Assembly: GCF_030028105.1 (NCBI RefSeq)
Contig: NC_092389.1
Coordinates: forward strand, 26,909,308-26,973,307
DNA length: 64,000 nucleotides
Reading direction: 5' to 3'
Source: Mobula birostris
Lineage: Eukaryota
Position numbers and translations under genes: made by a program. Under the pieces are notes generated by a model. The model worked only from the letters and a program-made list of their open reading frames with translations. It had not been told where the DNA came from and did not search any database. Shown here in pieces: positions 1 through 13,462 of this stretch. Within the stretch, counting starts at the first letter, position 1. Each line of letters begins with the position of its first letter.

Positions 1-359
1 AATAGATAATATTGCTCCGTAAGGATGATGTGGGAAGTAGAAATGTCACAATAGTCATTAGAGGTGCTCCCCTGCAGTCAGGATTAAAGCAGTTCATAGG
101 AGCAGAGGGAATGGGCTCTACTCAGAAATAAACCCTTGGCACATGTTTGATATCTTGCATACGAGGCTCTGGGAACAAAAAGAAGATTCATAAACCAGAA
201 TCTGAGAACAAGTAACATGGCTTGACTGATTTATATTGGTCTATATTGATATTCTCATTATTATATATGTCAGTTGGTATCAAAATTCTCTACATCTACA
301 ATTTCATTGCAATCAAACATTGTGAGTATATGGCAAAACGCTCAGAGTGGGGGGAGGAG

Positions 360-1023
360 AACGGGCTGCTCTTGCACACTTTTCACTTCTTTGCCTTCGC
401 CTGCTAACCAGACTCGCCTTGATGGTCTGTTTTACCATCTGGAAGCGAAGGAGGTGCCCAGTGGAGATCTCTTTTTGCAGGGGTCTTTCCCCTGTACATT
501 GGGGACCTGGGGTGGAAGGTGATGCATAGGGCAGTACCATGCAACCTGACCATTCTGTGGCCGGGAGGAGTCAGTGTACCACGCTTAAATGAGAGGCTGC
601 AGCCCCTGTTTGAGTGTCTGAAGGGGCTGCTGCTCAGGTTCTGGTTACACTTCAGCCCCACGCCCCTTATGTACAGGCACCCAGTATGGAAGGGAGCAGG
701 TCGCGAGGAGGATCTGCTGGTGAGCTTGCTCCTGGGCCTGGCCAAGATGGCCATTCACGGGTCTCGGTGATGGAAGTCAAGGGCTCTGCCTAACTCTCTT
801 CCAAGGATACGCTCATGCCTGGCTGTCCTTGGAGAGGGAGCATGCGGTCACAATGGGTACAGTGGGGGATTTCCGGGAGCAGTGGGCCCCCCAGGGAATT
901 GACTTTTATAGACAGTAGTAATCATACTTTAATTTGAACTTATTCACTGTCTTGTAAATACTTAATGTTTGTACTTTATGTAATTTTTGTGTAAATAAAC
1001 TTTTATAGTTTTGTAAAAAAAAA
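360..1023 (+). mobile_element. Tx1/L1-clade LINE 3' fragment (ORF2 C-terminus, 3'UTR, poly-A)
   Basis: Translation gives LLLHTFHF..PD..W..LFAGVFPLYIGDLGWKVMHRAVPCN and ERLQPLFECLKGLLLRFWLHFSP..LLVSLLLGLAKMAIHGSR, typical of the Tx1 ORF2 zf-RVT region. It ends in AATAAA and an A-run near 1015-1023. Confidence 0.8.
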
Positions 1024-2589
1024 GAGGCAGAGGCTTAGTTTGCCTTTGACTTCCAAGTGAGCAGGTAGATTAATCCCACTTCCGTCTACTGCCTGAAACA
1101 AGAGTGATGAAATAATAAAGAGGGCATCTATTGACTTGTCAAGGGGCATGAAATGAAACATTATGTGACAATATTGACAGGGTATCTTTGAACTTTGCTC
1201 AAGCAGGTTTAAATCAGCAAAGGCAGAGTGAGTCTTTATTAAAGCTGGAAAATCAGAGACAAGTGCGTTCAGAAGTTGGGTTGCAACTGTTGAATAATTA
1301 TTTGACCTCTTGTTGCTGACGACAGACGTTATTTTCTCTTTGGCTACTGGTATGCACAGTGATATTTATAGCTTGAAAAGGTCAGCCTGATGGAAGGGAA
1401 CCAAAGGAAAAAAATACAGCTTGGAATCACAGTAAAAGTCATAAACACCCCCCCATCACAAACCCCACGGTTACCAGGCTTCAGCTGTTCTTGCAGTTGA
1501 AGGTGATTTTTGGGGAGGGCTATAACAAGAAAAGTCAGCTTCTCCTGCCCTATATTGCAGTCAGGAAAGTCTGAATCATTTAATGCATTACTACCAACAT
1601 AATAAAGAAATCAAACTATTTAGAGAAGTACAGAAAGTTGATTTACTCAATCAGGAAATGATAATACGGGAGAGCTTGTCAAGAAATATCAGATATATAT
1701 TCCTCAAATCTTCCTGATTGAATTTTCACAAGTTCTAAATAAATGTAGCAGTATCATTTTAAATATCAAAATGAGAAAGAGTGGTAATATGTAATGCATT
1801 TCCTTAATACTTTATTGCAACAATAAACTATTCCTCTTAAACTGGACATTTTGAGATTAAAAATATCTGTAACATAGTCACATTGGTATGCAAATCAGTG
1901 AAATACTGAAAAGCAAGTGGAAAAATGACATGGAAAACAAAAGAAACTGTTTGCTGCAGAATGCATTGAAATACACTTACATCAAGGACTTGGATTTTTC
2001 CTTTTAATTAAAGACTGCTCAGACATCCAAGGAGAAGGGGTGTATTTTTTTCAACAATAAAAGCATATTGGCAATGAACTTCAATCAAGCAAAATTTGCA
2101 TTTTCTTTAATTTTGTTTTAAAGCTATTACATGCCATTCTAAATATGTTTACCAAAATCTGACCAGTCTGATGTGTCTTTGGGGCATGTCGGTCCATGGT
2201 GTTATGGTGGAGAAAATTGCTGGAAGATATGAAGTATGAGTAGAAATGAAGCTCAAAACACAAGGTGCTGCAATTCCACAACAGGAAAGGAAAAAAATTC
2301 AATGAATTAGCTGTAAAGTATGAAACAGTCTGCAATTATCATCTTTACCCATTTAATTTAGTATCACTGCACAGAAAATGGAAGTTGAATAAGTTTTAAA
2401 TAACTGAGTTAGTACTAAACACTAATATAAAAAAAGTAAACAGTTCCCAGCTGAACAATACTGACAAAACTGTTGGTAGCCTGGTTAAAACGCCTCTCCC
2501 TATCATGATATTTGGAGCTAAGGGAATTCAACACTACCCTGATATTTGACAGTAGACAAGTAAAAGGAAAAATCTTCTCAACTGTTTCG

Positions 2590-5260
2590 TCAGGATTAAA
2601 ATGATTTGCTTCCAGTCCAGTTCCAGGGTGGCTGAAATGTCCTTTGTGAGATCTACAGTCTTTGTCACAAGTAGGGCATAGTGCTAATGGAGTGAATGGA
2701 GGGGTTTGACCTGAGAGAGGCCAACGACATGGGCCTGGCTATTCACTGCCTGCAAATAGGCTCCGCATGCTCTCTACCTGTCTAAACGTTCCTTCGCCAT
2801 CCTGAATGGCCACAGTCCACGACTCCCCACAAACTAACAGGAATGTTACTCTTTTTCCAAGAAGGACTTTTAAAGTCACTGAAGCATGTATTCTGTCCTC
2901 CTAGAAATCTCTTCCTACGGAAAGACTTAGAGTATGATGCCACTTTGGAAGTGTGGCATCAGACATACAGTTAATGTGGTAAAGACAGCAAAATAGGTTG
3001 ACAGAATCAAGATTTTGGAAGTTTGCTTGAGAAAGCGCAATGACAGAGGCTCAACAATCCTGCCAATCCCTTTGGTGGATTTTGGGAGGTAACTTCATGC
3101 TTTTAGGCAACTTGAGGCAGGTAGTTCTTATACAGAGAAGCAAGGACTGGTAGACCGTGAGCTTAGAGCCAGGACTGGGTCTTGATCTTTGAATATGCTT
3201 TTCATCAGTTCATCAAATACTGTGCAAAGGTGAATATTATCATTATAGTGTTACCTTCGCTGAGAGTGGATCCAGAAGTATGCTCAAAGTGATCAGAGTC
3301 TACAAAGTACGTGTGATGGAAGAAGAATGGTTTAAGGCCCAAGCATTCATATACTTCAGTGTTAAAGTCAGTGACGACAGCAGTCTCCATGTGTATATGC
3401 ATGCAAAGTGCTTTGTTGGAAAGAGTACTCCGAAGATCTCCTCAATTGAGACACTAGCTTTGACATGTGTTCCTCACACCATCCCAGTACAATCCTGGGA
3501 CTCCTCTAGGAATAACAAGGAACTGAAAAGGCCACCCAATCGTTGATAAGCATCTAATACAAGTCAAAGAAGCACTTCCAGGCAAATTCACTACCTTTGC
3601 TCCCTTGACCAGAAAGATAAGAGTGAACAAGGAAACTTCAAAGACGACACGATTGTGACCAAGTTCAAGAATGCAAACATTCAATTGCAGTTCAGAGTAA
3701 TGGAAAGGAACGGAACATCTCCATGGATAATCAATAACAGCAATGATGTAAAGGCTACTGGGAGATAGATTAAGACACATCAAACAGGCTGCACAGAAGA
3801 TATTTTGTTTATTCTTCATGTGATGCAGCCAGCAGAGGTTTCTTAATTGAGAGTGGTTCAGCACCTGAACAAGTCCACCAGTACCCTGCTGAATGGTGTC
3901 CAACAGAGCGTGATTCATTCTAGGACGCCTGGTCCTCCAGTCAAACTGTACATGGGTAAAGACACAACTGCTCAGACATGAGCTACTGTGCAAGGATGCC
4001 CTCTCTGCTGCTGTGCAGTGCTTCATTGGAAACCTGCTCTGACTCTTTGCCTTCTTCTGACATTCTCACAGCAATGGACCACAGCTCGGAGTGCAGAGGC
4101 TGCCTGACATTGTGCAGGGCAAAATGACTGATACGACTGCTGAGTGCAAAGAAGGGTGAGAGACTGCAGGATTCGAGCGGTCAGAAGGCACATGGAATAA
4201 TCACCGGAGGTCAGCAGCCTTGGTCCATGCACACCACCAAACCTACATCTCAGCACTCAGTGGCTACAACACTGCAAACAGTGGACTTACTGGTAGCTTC
4301 TCTACACCAACCCTTGGGTTAGCACCAGATTCCCAGCACAGGTGTGCACAGCAATGGAGAGGTAGGGATTCATGTCAGGCTGGCAGCAGAGTACCACTTT
4401 CAGTTACACATCTCTGGGATGAGCACCGAAACCATTACCACAGACCCATTTGACACCTAACCCCACTGGGGTCAAGCACATATACCCCCAGTAGGATGAC
4501 CAGGATATGTTCAACGTGTCATCTCCATCCAGAGCCAAGACCACTTCAGTCTCATCTTCTTGTATACATAACTTGATGAATATTAGGAAAATGACATGGT
4601 CCTACAATTAAGACCATAAGACACAGGAGCAGAATTAGACCAATCAGCCTGTTGAGTCTTCTCTGCTATTCCATCATGGTTGATTTATTATCCCTCTCAA
4701 CCCCATTCTCCTGCATTCGCCCCATAACCGTTAATGTCCTTACTAACCAAGAAATGATCAAACTCGGCTTTAAATATACCCAAATCACTTGGCCTCCACA
4801 GTCAACCGTGGCAATGAATTCCACAGATCCACCACCTTCTTGCTAAAGAAGTTCATCCTCGCCTCTGTTCTAAAGGGATGTCCTTCTATTCTGAGGCTGT
4901 GCTCTCTGGTCCTAGACTCTCACACTATTGGAAAAATCTGCTGCACGTCCATTCTATCTAGGGCTTTCAATATTCAGTAGGTTTCAATGAGATCCCCCCT
5001 CCCCCCCCCAAATTCTTCTGAACTCCAGCGACTACAGGCCCAGAGCCATCAAACGCTCCTCAGACATAAACCCTTTCATTCCTGGGATTCCCATGAATCT
5101 CCTCTGGACAGGCACCAACAGGCATTCTGGACTCGGTTAATCAGTATTACACACCACTACTTGAAGCAAGTTTGATAAGGAATTAGTCTGTTGCCAGTCC
5201 ATTCAACTGAAGAATAATCTTACTGAAAAGTACTTTGATGCAAGTTGTTGGAAATTATTC
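2590..5260 (-). mobile_element. Highly degraded RTE-clade LINE, interrupted by a CR1 fragment
   Basis: Minus-strand remnants resemble the RTE ORF: HINCMSDATLPK (cf. GHVxRMxDxRLPK) near 2940-2980, DHFEHTSGSTLS (cf. FxYLGSxLS) near 3260-3300, and endonuclease-like traces near 4200-4600. Many stops and indels. Confidence 0.5.
4611..5105 (-). mobile_element. CR1 LINE 3' end
   Basis: Reverse complement of the CR1 3'UTR/tail (AGACCATAAGACACAGGAGCAGAATTAG...). The same family is at 56340. Confidence 0.85.
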
Positions 5261-5649
5261 AATGGGAAACAAAGCCAAATGTGAGAAAACAAGGTTTAAT
5301 CACCAGAGACTAGAAAATGAAAATATGAAATTCTATAGGGCATATAGTTTTTTTTTAAATAACTGGGATTCAAAATGCACACAGAGTCTGGCTTTTCGCT
5401 CCCATTCTACTCTCACAGTGGGAGAGAAATGCACAATTAGTGTTAGAGGCAGCCAAAAAAGGGGCTCACTATAAAAGAATAAACATGAAACTGCCAGTGA
5501 ACGGCCTTGAGTGATCATCTCTGACACGTCAATGGGTCAAAATCATCCGACCAGATCTTGGGAAGCCTAAGCCACAATTACTTCAGCACATCTATGCAGC
5601 ATGATTCAAGTAATTAAGACACTACTTCCATCATCAATTAGAGTAAAAG

Positions 5650-6130
5650 TGTTCAACCTGAGTTATAGAGAAAGGTAAGGCAGGCACGGATTTTATTCCT
5701 TGGAATGCAGGAGATTGAGTGGTGACTTATAGAGGTGTATAATGACGGCCAGAGACAGGGTGAACACACAATCTCTTTCCCAGGGAAGGGGAACAAAAAA
5801 CTGAAGGACATAGGATTTATTTATTTAGCGGTATGGCACATAAACGGCCCTTCTAGCCCAACGAGCCACACCACCAAGCAACCCACCTGTTTAACCCCAA
5901 GATGATAGATTTAAAGTGACCCGAGAGGCACACACCATGGGTGATGCATATATGGAATAAGCTGCCAGAGGAAATGGTTGAGGAATGTACAATATTAATA
6001 TTTAAAACGCATTTAGATAAGTACCAGGATAGGAACAGTTAGGATAGATGTGGGCCAAACATAGGCAAATGAATAGTAGGCATGGACAAGTTGAGCAGAA
6101 GAGCTTGCTTCTATGTAGTGTTACTCTATG
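5650..6130 (+). mobile_element. CR1 LINE 3' end with a nested minus-strand SINE fragment (about 5815-5898)
   Basis: LSYRER..FYSLECRRLSGDL.EVY remnant and CR1 tail. It is interrupted by TTTATTTATTTAGCGGTATGGCAC..., a V-SINE 3' end. Confidence 0.75.
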
Positions 6131-7822
6131 GCTCAATAACATTCTGACCATTTTACAATAAATGAAAATCTACAGCCTATGCCTAAAGTTGGATTATTTC
6201 CCAAGCGAACATACAAAAATCAATCATTTCTCTTTGTTCATTCATCGCCTCCTTGCAGGATGACCTTTGGTGCCTTGGCTCGTGGCTCATGGGCATGCAA
6301 GCAGGAGACTACTCAACCAAATAAAGCACAGCAGTCACACCGAATCCCATCCTCACCCAAAATGCACGTATTTTTGAGGTGACAAATATTCTCCGTTCCA
6401 GCTCATTAAAAGTATCGGTTAACTGAGACCAACAAGACGTCCAATCTAGAATGTTTCTGGAATGGCTCAGTTCCACATAATATATATTTAAAGATCAGGA
6501 GAGTTACCCATGGAATCTAATGAACTTTTCCAGGTTGACATGCATCTTAGTGTATGTCAAAAAAGCAGATATCCAGCAACTTGGTGAGAATCTTAGTGTA
6601 TGTGGGTTATTCAGCATTATGAAGGCCAACTACCCAAGAAACTACATCACAAGGGGTCTGTAAATTAATTTACTAAGAACAGAGACATTTCAGCATCCAT
6701 TAAAAGGAATATTGTGAAGAATCCCTCAACCCTTTATACACTATTCCCCAATGAAATGCCCCAGGTCCAAAGCCCAGAAAGCCAGAAGTCAATAAGGCCA
6801 GCTGAAGAACAAGAAGCCTTCAGGAGGAGGTGTTGACAAATTTGACACAAAGGTCTTAAATTCAGAACCTCAATTTCTGTCCCGGAGATCTCAGATATGC
6901 TTTAATTGTGGCCATTTCAGGAAAAGTGACAAATCTGGTTGTGGCAACTACAGAGGAGCTTTGTGTTGTTTTCCACAGGAACCATTATCTCAAGGGAACT
7001 TCTCAATCACCTCCCCTGAGGGCTGAAAGGCTGCATCTTGAATTGTGGTGTAGATTCTATCCATCAAGCAGCACAACGGCATGATCTTCACCTTACAACT
7101 CGAGCAATAAACATCTACATTGCCTTTTTTGACCCCAGAAAAAAAAGCCCTTGACTTTATCAATCCAGAACTTTTCAAATTTGACTACCCACAGTGATTT
7201 GCCTCCACCTTGCTTTTGTTTCATGATGATTTGCAAGCTGAGATCATCTCTTTCCGCAATCAAGGGATTGAAAATTACTTGTTTTCACTTCAGTTTGGTG
7301 GATTCTGAGGTGGTAAATGAGGCCAACATGGGAAATGCAAACTATTCTGCAGTTATGACAGGCCGTGGCGGGCAAGAGGATAATTTTGTGAGGTGGTGCA
7401 TTCCTTCAGACACTTACACAAATCTTCTATGTGCTAGTAATGCACAGCTTTCAGATTCTCAATACCACCCTGAATGCTCCTTCATAGTCACAGCATTCCT
7501 GGGCCAGAAGTTCTCAAGAGCCACTTCAGGAGAGAGTTGAGTACATTATTGAATCTTTATCCTGATCTCAACCAGTAAGCTCACAACAGACTGAAGCCCA
7601 ACATAGATGCATCAAACAAGGCTGCATGATCCCACCAACACTTTTCTTGAACTTTCTCACTACAATGCCTCATCTCTAGTAAGCTTCCCACTGCAGTAGT
7701 GATGATCTGCAGCACATATGGGAAAATATTCAACCCACGGCAACTCCATTTCAAAACTAAACTTATCCCCTCCAATGTCAGTTATTGAGCTGAAGAACTC
7801 TGATAACATTTGCAAAATGTTA

Positions 7823-7905
7823 TCTGAAGGGTCTTGTTGACTATACTCTTTTCCAGAGATGCTGCCTGGCCTGCTGAGTTCCTCCAGCATTTTGTGTGTG
7901 TTGCT
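7823..7905 (+). mobile_element. Penelope-like pLTR fragment (hammerhead region partly deleted)
   Basis: GATGCTGCCTGGCCTGCTGAGTTCCTCCAGCATTTTGTGTGTGTTGCT matches the pLTR copies at 27050, 43390 and 54790. Confidence 0.8.
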
Positions 7906-7939
7906 AACATTTGCAAATGCACATTTGGAAGTCGAGCTG

Positions 7940-8220
7940 ACGGTAGAGTACTGGTTAGCACAACGCTTTATGGTACCAGCGACCTGGGTTCAATTCCTGC
8001 TGCTGTCTATAAGGAGTTTGTATGTTCTCCCTGTGACCGCGTAGATTTCTTCCACGTGCTCCGGTTTCCTCTCACGGTACAAGGATGTACCGGTTGGTAG
8101 GTTAACTGGTCATTGTAAATTGTCCTGCTTGGCTAGGGTTAAGTTGGGTGTTGCTCGGTAATGTGGCTGAAAGGGCTGGAAGGGCCTACTCCACACAGTA
8201 TCTCAATAAAATAAATTAAT
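7940..8220 (+). mobile_element. tRNA-derived V-SINE (HE1-like)
   Basis: B-box GGTTCAATTCC, V-domain GGAGTTTGTATGTTCTCCCTGTGACC..GCTCCGGTTTCCTC, CR1-like tail ending AATAAAATAAA. Confidence 0.8.
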
Positions 8221-8389
8221 TATTTGAGAGAACGAGTGTTTGTCACTTAATATTTGCAAAAACAAAGATCCTCTACTAACCTAACATCACTGAACAACTG
8301 CCTCCACCCATCCACAGAAAGATACTGTGAAATATTTCTCAGAGGCCACCTCTCAGTTAAGATGAACATCCATAATGAAATTTACCTTC

Positions 8390-9180
8390 AATGTCTAAAG
8401 TAAATTTAATATCAAAGTTCATATATGTGACATACACTACTACATTGAGATTTATTTTCTTTACAGGAAAATAAAGAAATACCTATAATAGAATTTATGA
8501 AACAATATTCATAAACAAAGACTGGCAAACAACCAATATGCAACATCAAATTAATTAATTAATTAATAACACTGAGTACACGAGTTGTAGAGTCCTTGAA
8601 AGTGAGTCCATAGGTTGTGGGATCAGTTCAGAGTTGTGCTGAGTCGGTTCAGCAGCCTGATGGTTGAAGGGTAGTAACTGCTCCTGAACCTGGCAATGTG
8701 GGACCTAATGCTCCTGTACCAATGGTAGTAGTGAGAAAGGAGCGTGCCTGGACGCTGGGGACCCTTGACGATGGATGCTGTTTTGTTGTGGCAGTGCTCC
8801 GTGCAAATATGCTCAATGGTGGGGAGGTTCTTGCCCCGATGGACTGGGCTGTATCCACCACTTTCAATAGACCTTTTCTTTCCATTCCTGGGCATTGGTG
8901 TTTCCATACCAAGCCGGGAGACAACCAGTTAGAATATTCTCCACTGTGCATTTATAGAAGTTTATCAAAGTTTTTGGCGACATGCTGAATCTGTGCAAGC
9001 TTCTAAGAAAGCAGAGGCGCTGCCGTGCCTTCTTTGTGATGGCACTTACATGCTGGTCCCAGGACAGACATTCTGATATGATAACACCAAGGAATTTACT
9101 GGACTGGCTCATGGACCTCGGGTTTCTTTGTCCTTTGTCCTGTAGTCGATAATCAGCTCTTTGGTTTTGCTGATGCTGAG
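8390..9180 (-). mobile_element. Rex1/Babar-clade LINE 3' fragment
   Basis: KFLGVIISECLSWDQH..KKARQRLCFLRSL..FYKCTVENILTGCLPAWYGN and RFRSSYYPSTIRLLN, frameshifted. Confidence 0.85.
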
Positions 9181-9785
9181 TGAGAGGTTGCATCAGAAAA
9201 GCCATTGTCTGATGAAAAAAACACCAAGGTCGCAAATGCTGCACAAGGTTCAAGGTCTACAGGCAGCAGTATTCTCATCCCTTCAGAGACACAAGCTACC
9301 TACAGCAGGCACCTCAAAGTACAGTGATTCCAACTGTGCTACCTCCTGCAAAATCCACCAGATTCTCACGGAATAAGCAAACCAACAGCAGTAACTTCCC
9401 CTGGGCCAACAATGAGGTTCTAATTTGATGTCCTAATTACACTCAGTCAGTGCCATTGGGGATGACATGATGCTTACATGCATGACACAAGTCCCAAAGC
9501 AGATTTGATTCTGAGCTCCACTACGTTGAGAGGTTACCAAGCAGAAAGGGGAGAAGAGTCAAGGATTCTGATAAGGCATACAGCATGTGCAAGAGTTTAA
9601 CATCTCCACCCACTTTTGGGAATCCTGACCAATGACTGCTCAAAGCGGAGGAGCAACATTTGGGATTTCATTGAGAACTTTAAATCTAAACATACAAAGC
9701 ACACATAAGCCCAGTGCAGGTGCTGAAGCAAGCCAGTCCTGACAAGCTTTTTCTATGGCAAGGTCTGTGGGTGCCACTCATTAGT

Positions 9786-9995
9786 CAAGATTCATTTATT
9801 ATTAAAGAATGTGTAAATTATACAACCTTGAGATTTGCTTGCTCACAGGCAACCACAAAGCAAGAAACTCAAAAGAACCCAATTTAAAGAAAAAAATACA
9901 AATAAGAAAAAAAGACCACCACTCGATGTGCAAGAGAAAGAAAAAATAAATAAAAAACATGCAGAGAATTGAAGTGAACGACAACAGCATTCAAC
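9786..9995 (-). mobile_element. 3' end of a non-coding Rex1-tailed retroposon
   Basis: Same 3' segment as 11950-12310 (minus) and 22600-22780 (plus). Confidence 0.65.
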
Positions 9996-10109
9996 AAGCT
10001 CAGAACCCACAGGAGTACAAGTTGTCCTCTGCCCTCAGGGGACTGATGTTAACATTATTAACTGTTCATCAGCATGGCAATGATACAACCTGATAACTAA
10101 AGATAAGGA

Positions 10110-10225
10110 CTTCAATTCACACAGTACAATTCCTGACCTTAGAACATCCCAATGTATGTCACAACTAATTAAGTATCTTTAGGGTAATCATTGTAACATT
10201 GAAATGCTAGAAAGCAGAATTCATT
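10110..10225 (-). mobile_element. Deu-domain SINE 3' remnant
   Basis: Weak similarity, in reverse, to the Deu-SINE tail at 50400-50500. Confidence 0.4.
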
Positions 10226-10294
10226 CAAAGCTCAAAGAGTGTCTACAATGCATTGTGTCACTTCTAGCTACTTAGAAGAATATATGGTGTTAAA

Positions 10295-10478
10295 TTCATA
10301 GCCAGAGCACAGAAATGGGCTCTTCAGCCCACCAAGCCTGTCCCAAACATCGAGCACCCATTTATGTTAATCCTACAATTCCTTTATTCCCATCAACTCT
10401 CCCCCAACCCCAGGTTCTACCATTCACCTTCACACTAGGGGCAATTTACAGTGGCCACTTTACCTATGAACTCACCTC
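10295..10478 (-). mobile_element. V-SINE/HE1-like 3' fragment
   Basis: GGCTCTTCAGCCCACC..CACACTAGGGGCAATTTACAGTGGCC motif, shared with 28290-28330. Confidence 0.6.
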
Positions 10479-10759
10479 TCTTGTGCCAGCAACATTAATG
10501 CCTGCAGGATTTGCATTCCCAATGTCAAGCCTCCATCTCCATTCCAAACGAGGATGGTGATTCTTCCTCCCACTAGTATGCCACACTCTGAAGCAGGTCT
10601 AGACTCATGTATAAAGATGAGGCAATTGGACGAAATACTGGAGATCTGCTAACTCCCTTAATGCTGCATTCCATTAGGGCTGCCAATACGACGGGGCGGG
10701 GGGGGGGGAGGGAATGAGTATACGTGAGGAGGGACAGGCCAAATCTCACAGCAATAGCA

Positions 10760-10945
10760 AGCTTTTACGAGGGCTGCTTAATTGAGTAAAAATATCACAA
10801 GGCGTTTTACAGAAGCATTATCAGACAAAAGTTGATACCGAGCCAAAGAAAGGTAAAAAAACTAAAATAACTTGGAAAGGAGGGAAGTCTAAGTGAGAGG
10901 AGAGAGGCTCTACACTTAAGGATGCAATTCCAGGGCCAATCAATC
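10760..10945 (-). mobile_element. Old L2-like LINE 3' remnant
   Basis: AAAATATCACAAGGCGTTTTACAGAAGCATTATCAGACAAAAGTTGATACCGAGCCA resembles a reversed L2 3' end. Confidence 0.45.
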
Positions 10946-11235
10946 AATTCTAGAAAATCGGTCACAGTCTGTACATAATTTTCTTTCAAAATTCACAATG
11001 CTGAAAGCTGCATCAGTTTTCATTTACAGCAGGGTAAAGTAAATTCAAGTGTGACCAGTTTACTATAAGCCCAACTAGAACAGGCATCTCAAATGCCAAA
11101 CCATCAAACCATGTACGGCTCCCATAAAGCAACTGATACCCTGGGACACACTGAATAACTCACTGTCTGCTGCATTACACAATTCTATTCTCATGTTGGC
11201 CTCCTCCTTCTTTTCATAGCATTGGTTATACTTAA

Positions 11236-11872
11236 TGTACGGGGTCTTTCTTTTTTGTTAAATTTAAAATGGCTTCTTTGTTATGTTACACTGGGGAATG
11301 CTGAGAAAGTCTCTAACTAGACAGTTGCTTGGGTTATTAGAGACAGCAGGGTGCTATTAACCAATGGGTGGTCATGTATCGTTTTGTTTTCGGATGATAA
11401 TACTGTATCATATGACTGTGGACTGGGGTTTTTGACGGGGAGTCGGGGGAGAGACGGGGAGGACGGTGGACGGGGTTTTGGCGGGGAGTCGGAGGAGAGA
11501 CGGAGAGGACGGTGGACGGCAGAAATGCTCTGGTCGATCACTCCGGGTGGTCCCGAGCCGTGAGTCGACAGGATTCAGGTGGTCGTCCGGATTCGATTGA
11601 GCTCCAACGGTTGCGCGCGAAGAACTTGGACTTTGATAAGTGTTGGCGCCTTTTTTTTTTCCATTACTTCCCTTTCTGTATCGAATTTATATTAATGTCA
11701 TAGAATTAGTAATATCTATAAAGTGTACTTGTTAAAATTTACTGGGTGTGCTGGCTGATGATTGATGTTTGTGATTGATTCGGGCGGTAACCGACCCTAT
11801 GGGGAGCGTTGAGGCGGGTGCTGGGTGGGATTTCCCCTAGACATATACGAGCCAATGTAACTGAACGTTACA
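11236..11872. mobile_element. Solo LTR (637 bp), 4-bp TSD
   Basis: Starts TGTACG and ends CGTTACA. TTAA lies on both sides (11232-11235, 11873-11876). CpG-rich, no ORF. Confidence 0.85.
11425..11517 (+). repeat. Tandem duplication of about 47 bp inside the solo LTR
   Basis: GGGGTTTT(T)GRCGGGGAGTCGGRGGAGAGACGGRGAGGACGGTGGAC occurs twice (11425-11471, 11472-11517). Confidence 0.9.
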
Positions 11873-11942
11873 TTAACAATTTTGACAAGCAATAACCCAG
11901 CAAATGCTGTGGGACAGTATTTTAACAATCTCAATACTACAT

Positions 11943-12310
11943 CAAAGATTCAAAAAGATTCCAAGAACATTTATTATCAAAGAATGTATAAATTACACAA
12001 CCTTGAGATTTGTTTGCTCACAAAGCAAGAAACGCAAAAGAACCCAATTAAAGAAAAAAATTCAAGACCAACATTTGATGCGCAAGAGAAAGGGGAAAAA
12101 AAATACAAGTCATGCAAACAACCGTAGCGAACAACAGCATTCTGAACCAAAAATGAGTCCTCGGATCCAAACCTTGGAGCAGCTCAGTGTAGGCCCAAAG
12201 CCTGGCTTATCAGTTCATCATATTAGCAGGCATGGAGCACAACAGCCAAGGGCGGTCTTCATAGCCTTAGCGCCATGGAGAGAGAGGAGTGACCATCATG
12301 GAAAATGAGC
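11943..12310 (-). mobile_element. Non-coding Rex1-tailed retroposon, 3' part
   Basis: Reverse-complement match to 22430-22780, with a CAAAGATTCAAAAAGATTC tail repeat. Confidence 0.65.
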
Positions 12311-12524
12311 AATGAAATAAAACAAAATAAAGTGCTAGAACCACACAGTGATGCATGTGAAAAGAGAATTTAAAACTGAGATTGTGTTTTAACTAAAGGT
12401 TTGAGACATGAAACATCAGCTGCCTCACTTTCCACAAATGCTGCCTTATCTGCTGAGTGTTTCCAGCATTTTCTGCTACAGTGAGGGTTCTTCTCTTCTG
12501 GCTCTCATTTAGATTTTTTTTTAA

Positions 12525-12725
12525 AAAGGACTCCAGGAGCAACTTTTTCCACACAGAGGGTGATGGATACATGGAACAAGCTGCCAGAGGAAGTTGCAGA
12601 GGTGAGGTACAATTCTAATGTTTAAACGTCAGGTACGTGGATATGGGCCAAATGCAGGTAAATGGGACTGGCTCGGATAGACATCTTGGTCAGCACAGAT
12701 GAATTAGACTAAAGAGCCTATATGA
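12525..12725 (+). mobile_element. CR1 3' fragment
   Basis: TTTTCCACACAGAGGGTG..TGGAACAAGCTGCCAGAGGAAG (FxQRV..WNxLP motif). Confidence 0.7.
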
Positions 12726-13104
12726 TTCCTTCACTAGCGTGGGTAAGACAGATCAAATGCTCTCTATTTATATCTATTTATAGATTTCCATGACTCAATG
12801 TAAAAGTAGCATTCAACTTTAACTCTTATTTTACACTATGGAAAGGAAATAATCGTGCCAGAAGACTTGTTGTTGTGGCTGTGATTCTGATGTGGAACAT
12901 TCACTAGCACTCCCTTCCTTATCCTAACAGACCCCCACACTCCTCAGGGTTTACAGTAGTTGTAGGAAAAACTGAACATGCAGATCACAGAATATTCTAG
13001 AATTAGACCCAGAATGGGGATATGAAGGGGTAGTTATAAATGGCCATCATTTGGAAGGTTAGATCTTGCCTTTTATTTTACTTTGTTTCCCTCTGGGCAG
13101 CTCA

Positions 13105-13462
13105 GGGGTGGGGCAGCTAGTACAGCCGCTGCCTCATGGCATCAGGGACCCGGGGTGGGGTTGGGGGTTGGTCAATCTTAGCCTCAGATGCCGTCCATGT
13201 GGAGTTTGCATGTTCTCCCTGTGACCATGTGGGATTACTCTGGGGAATGTTCCCGTTTCCTCCCATGTGCCTTAGGCAAGTGCATTGGGATGTTAATTGG
13301 CAATGCAAAACTACCCAACATAGTATTGCCCCAGTGTGTGTAGATGAATGGTACAATCAGAGGAGTTGATGAGAAGTTTGAAAAGTGATTGGTACAGGAT
13401 AAGTGTAAATGAGTGGTTAACATTTGACACAGACTCAGTGGGCTGAATTTGTCTATGAGTCT
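13105..13462 (+). mobile_element. V-SINE (HE1-like)
   Basis: Degenerate tRNA head, V-domain GTGGAGTTTGCATGTTCTCCCTGTGACCATGTGGG, CR1-derived tail. Confidence 0.75.

Noticed and set aside
11232-11876. piggyBac element suggested by the TTAA duplication
   Set aside because: The ends are TG..CA with only a short imperfect inverted repeat, not CC..GG TIRs.
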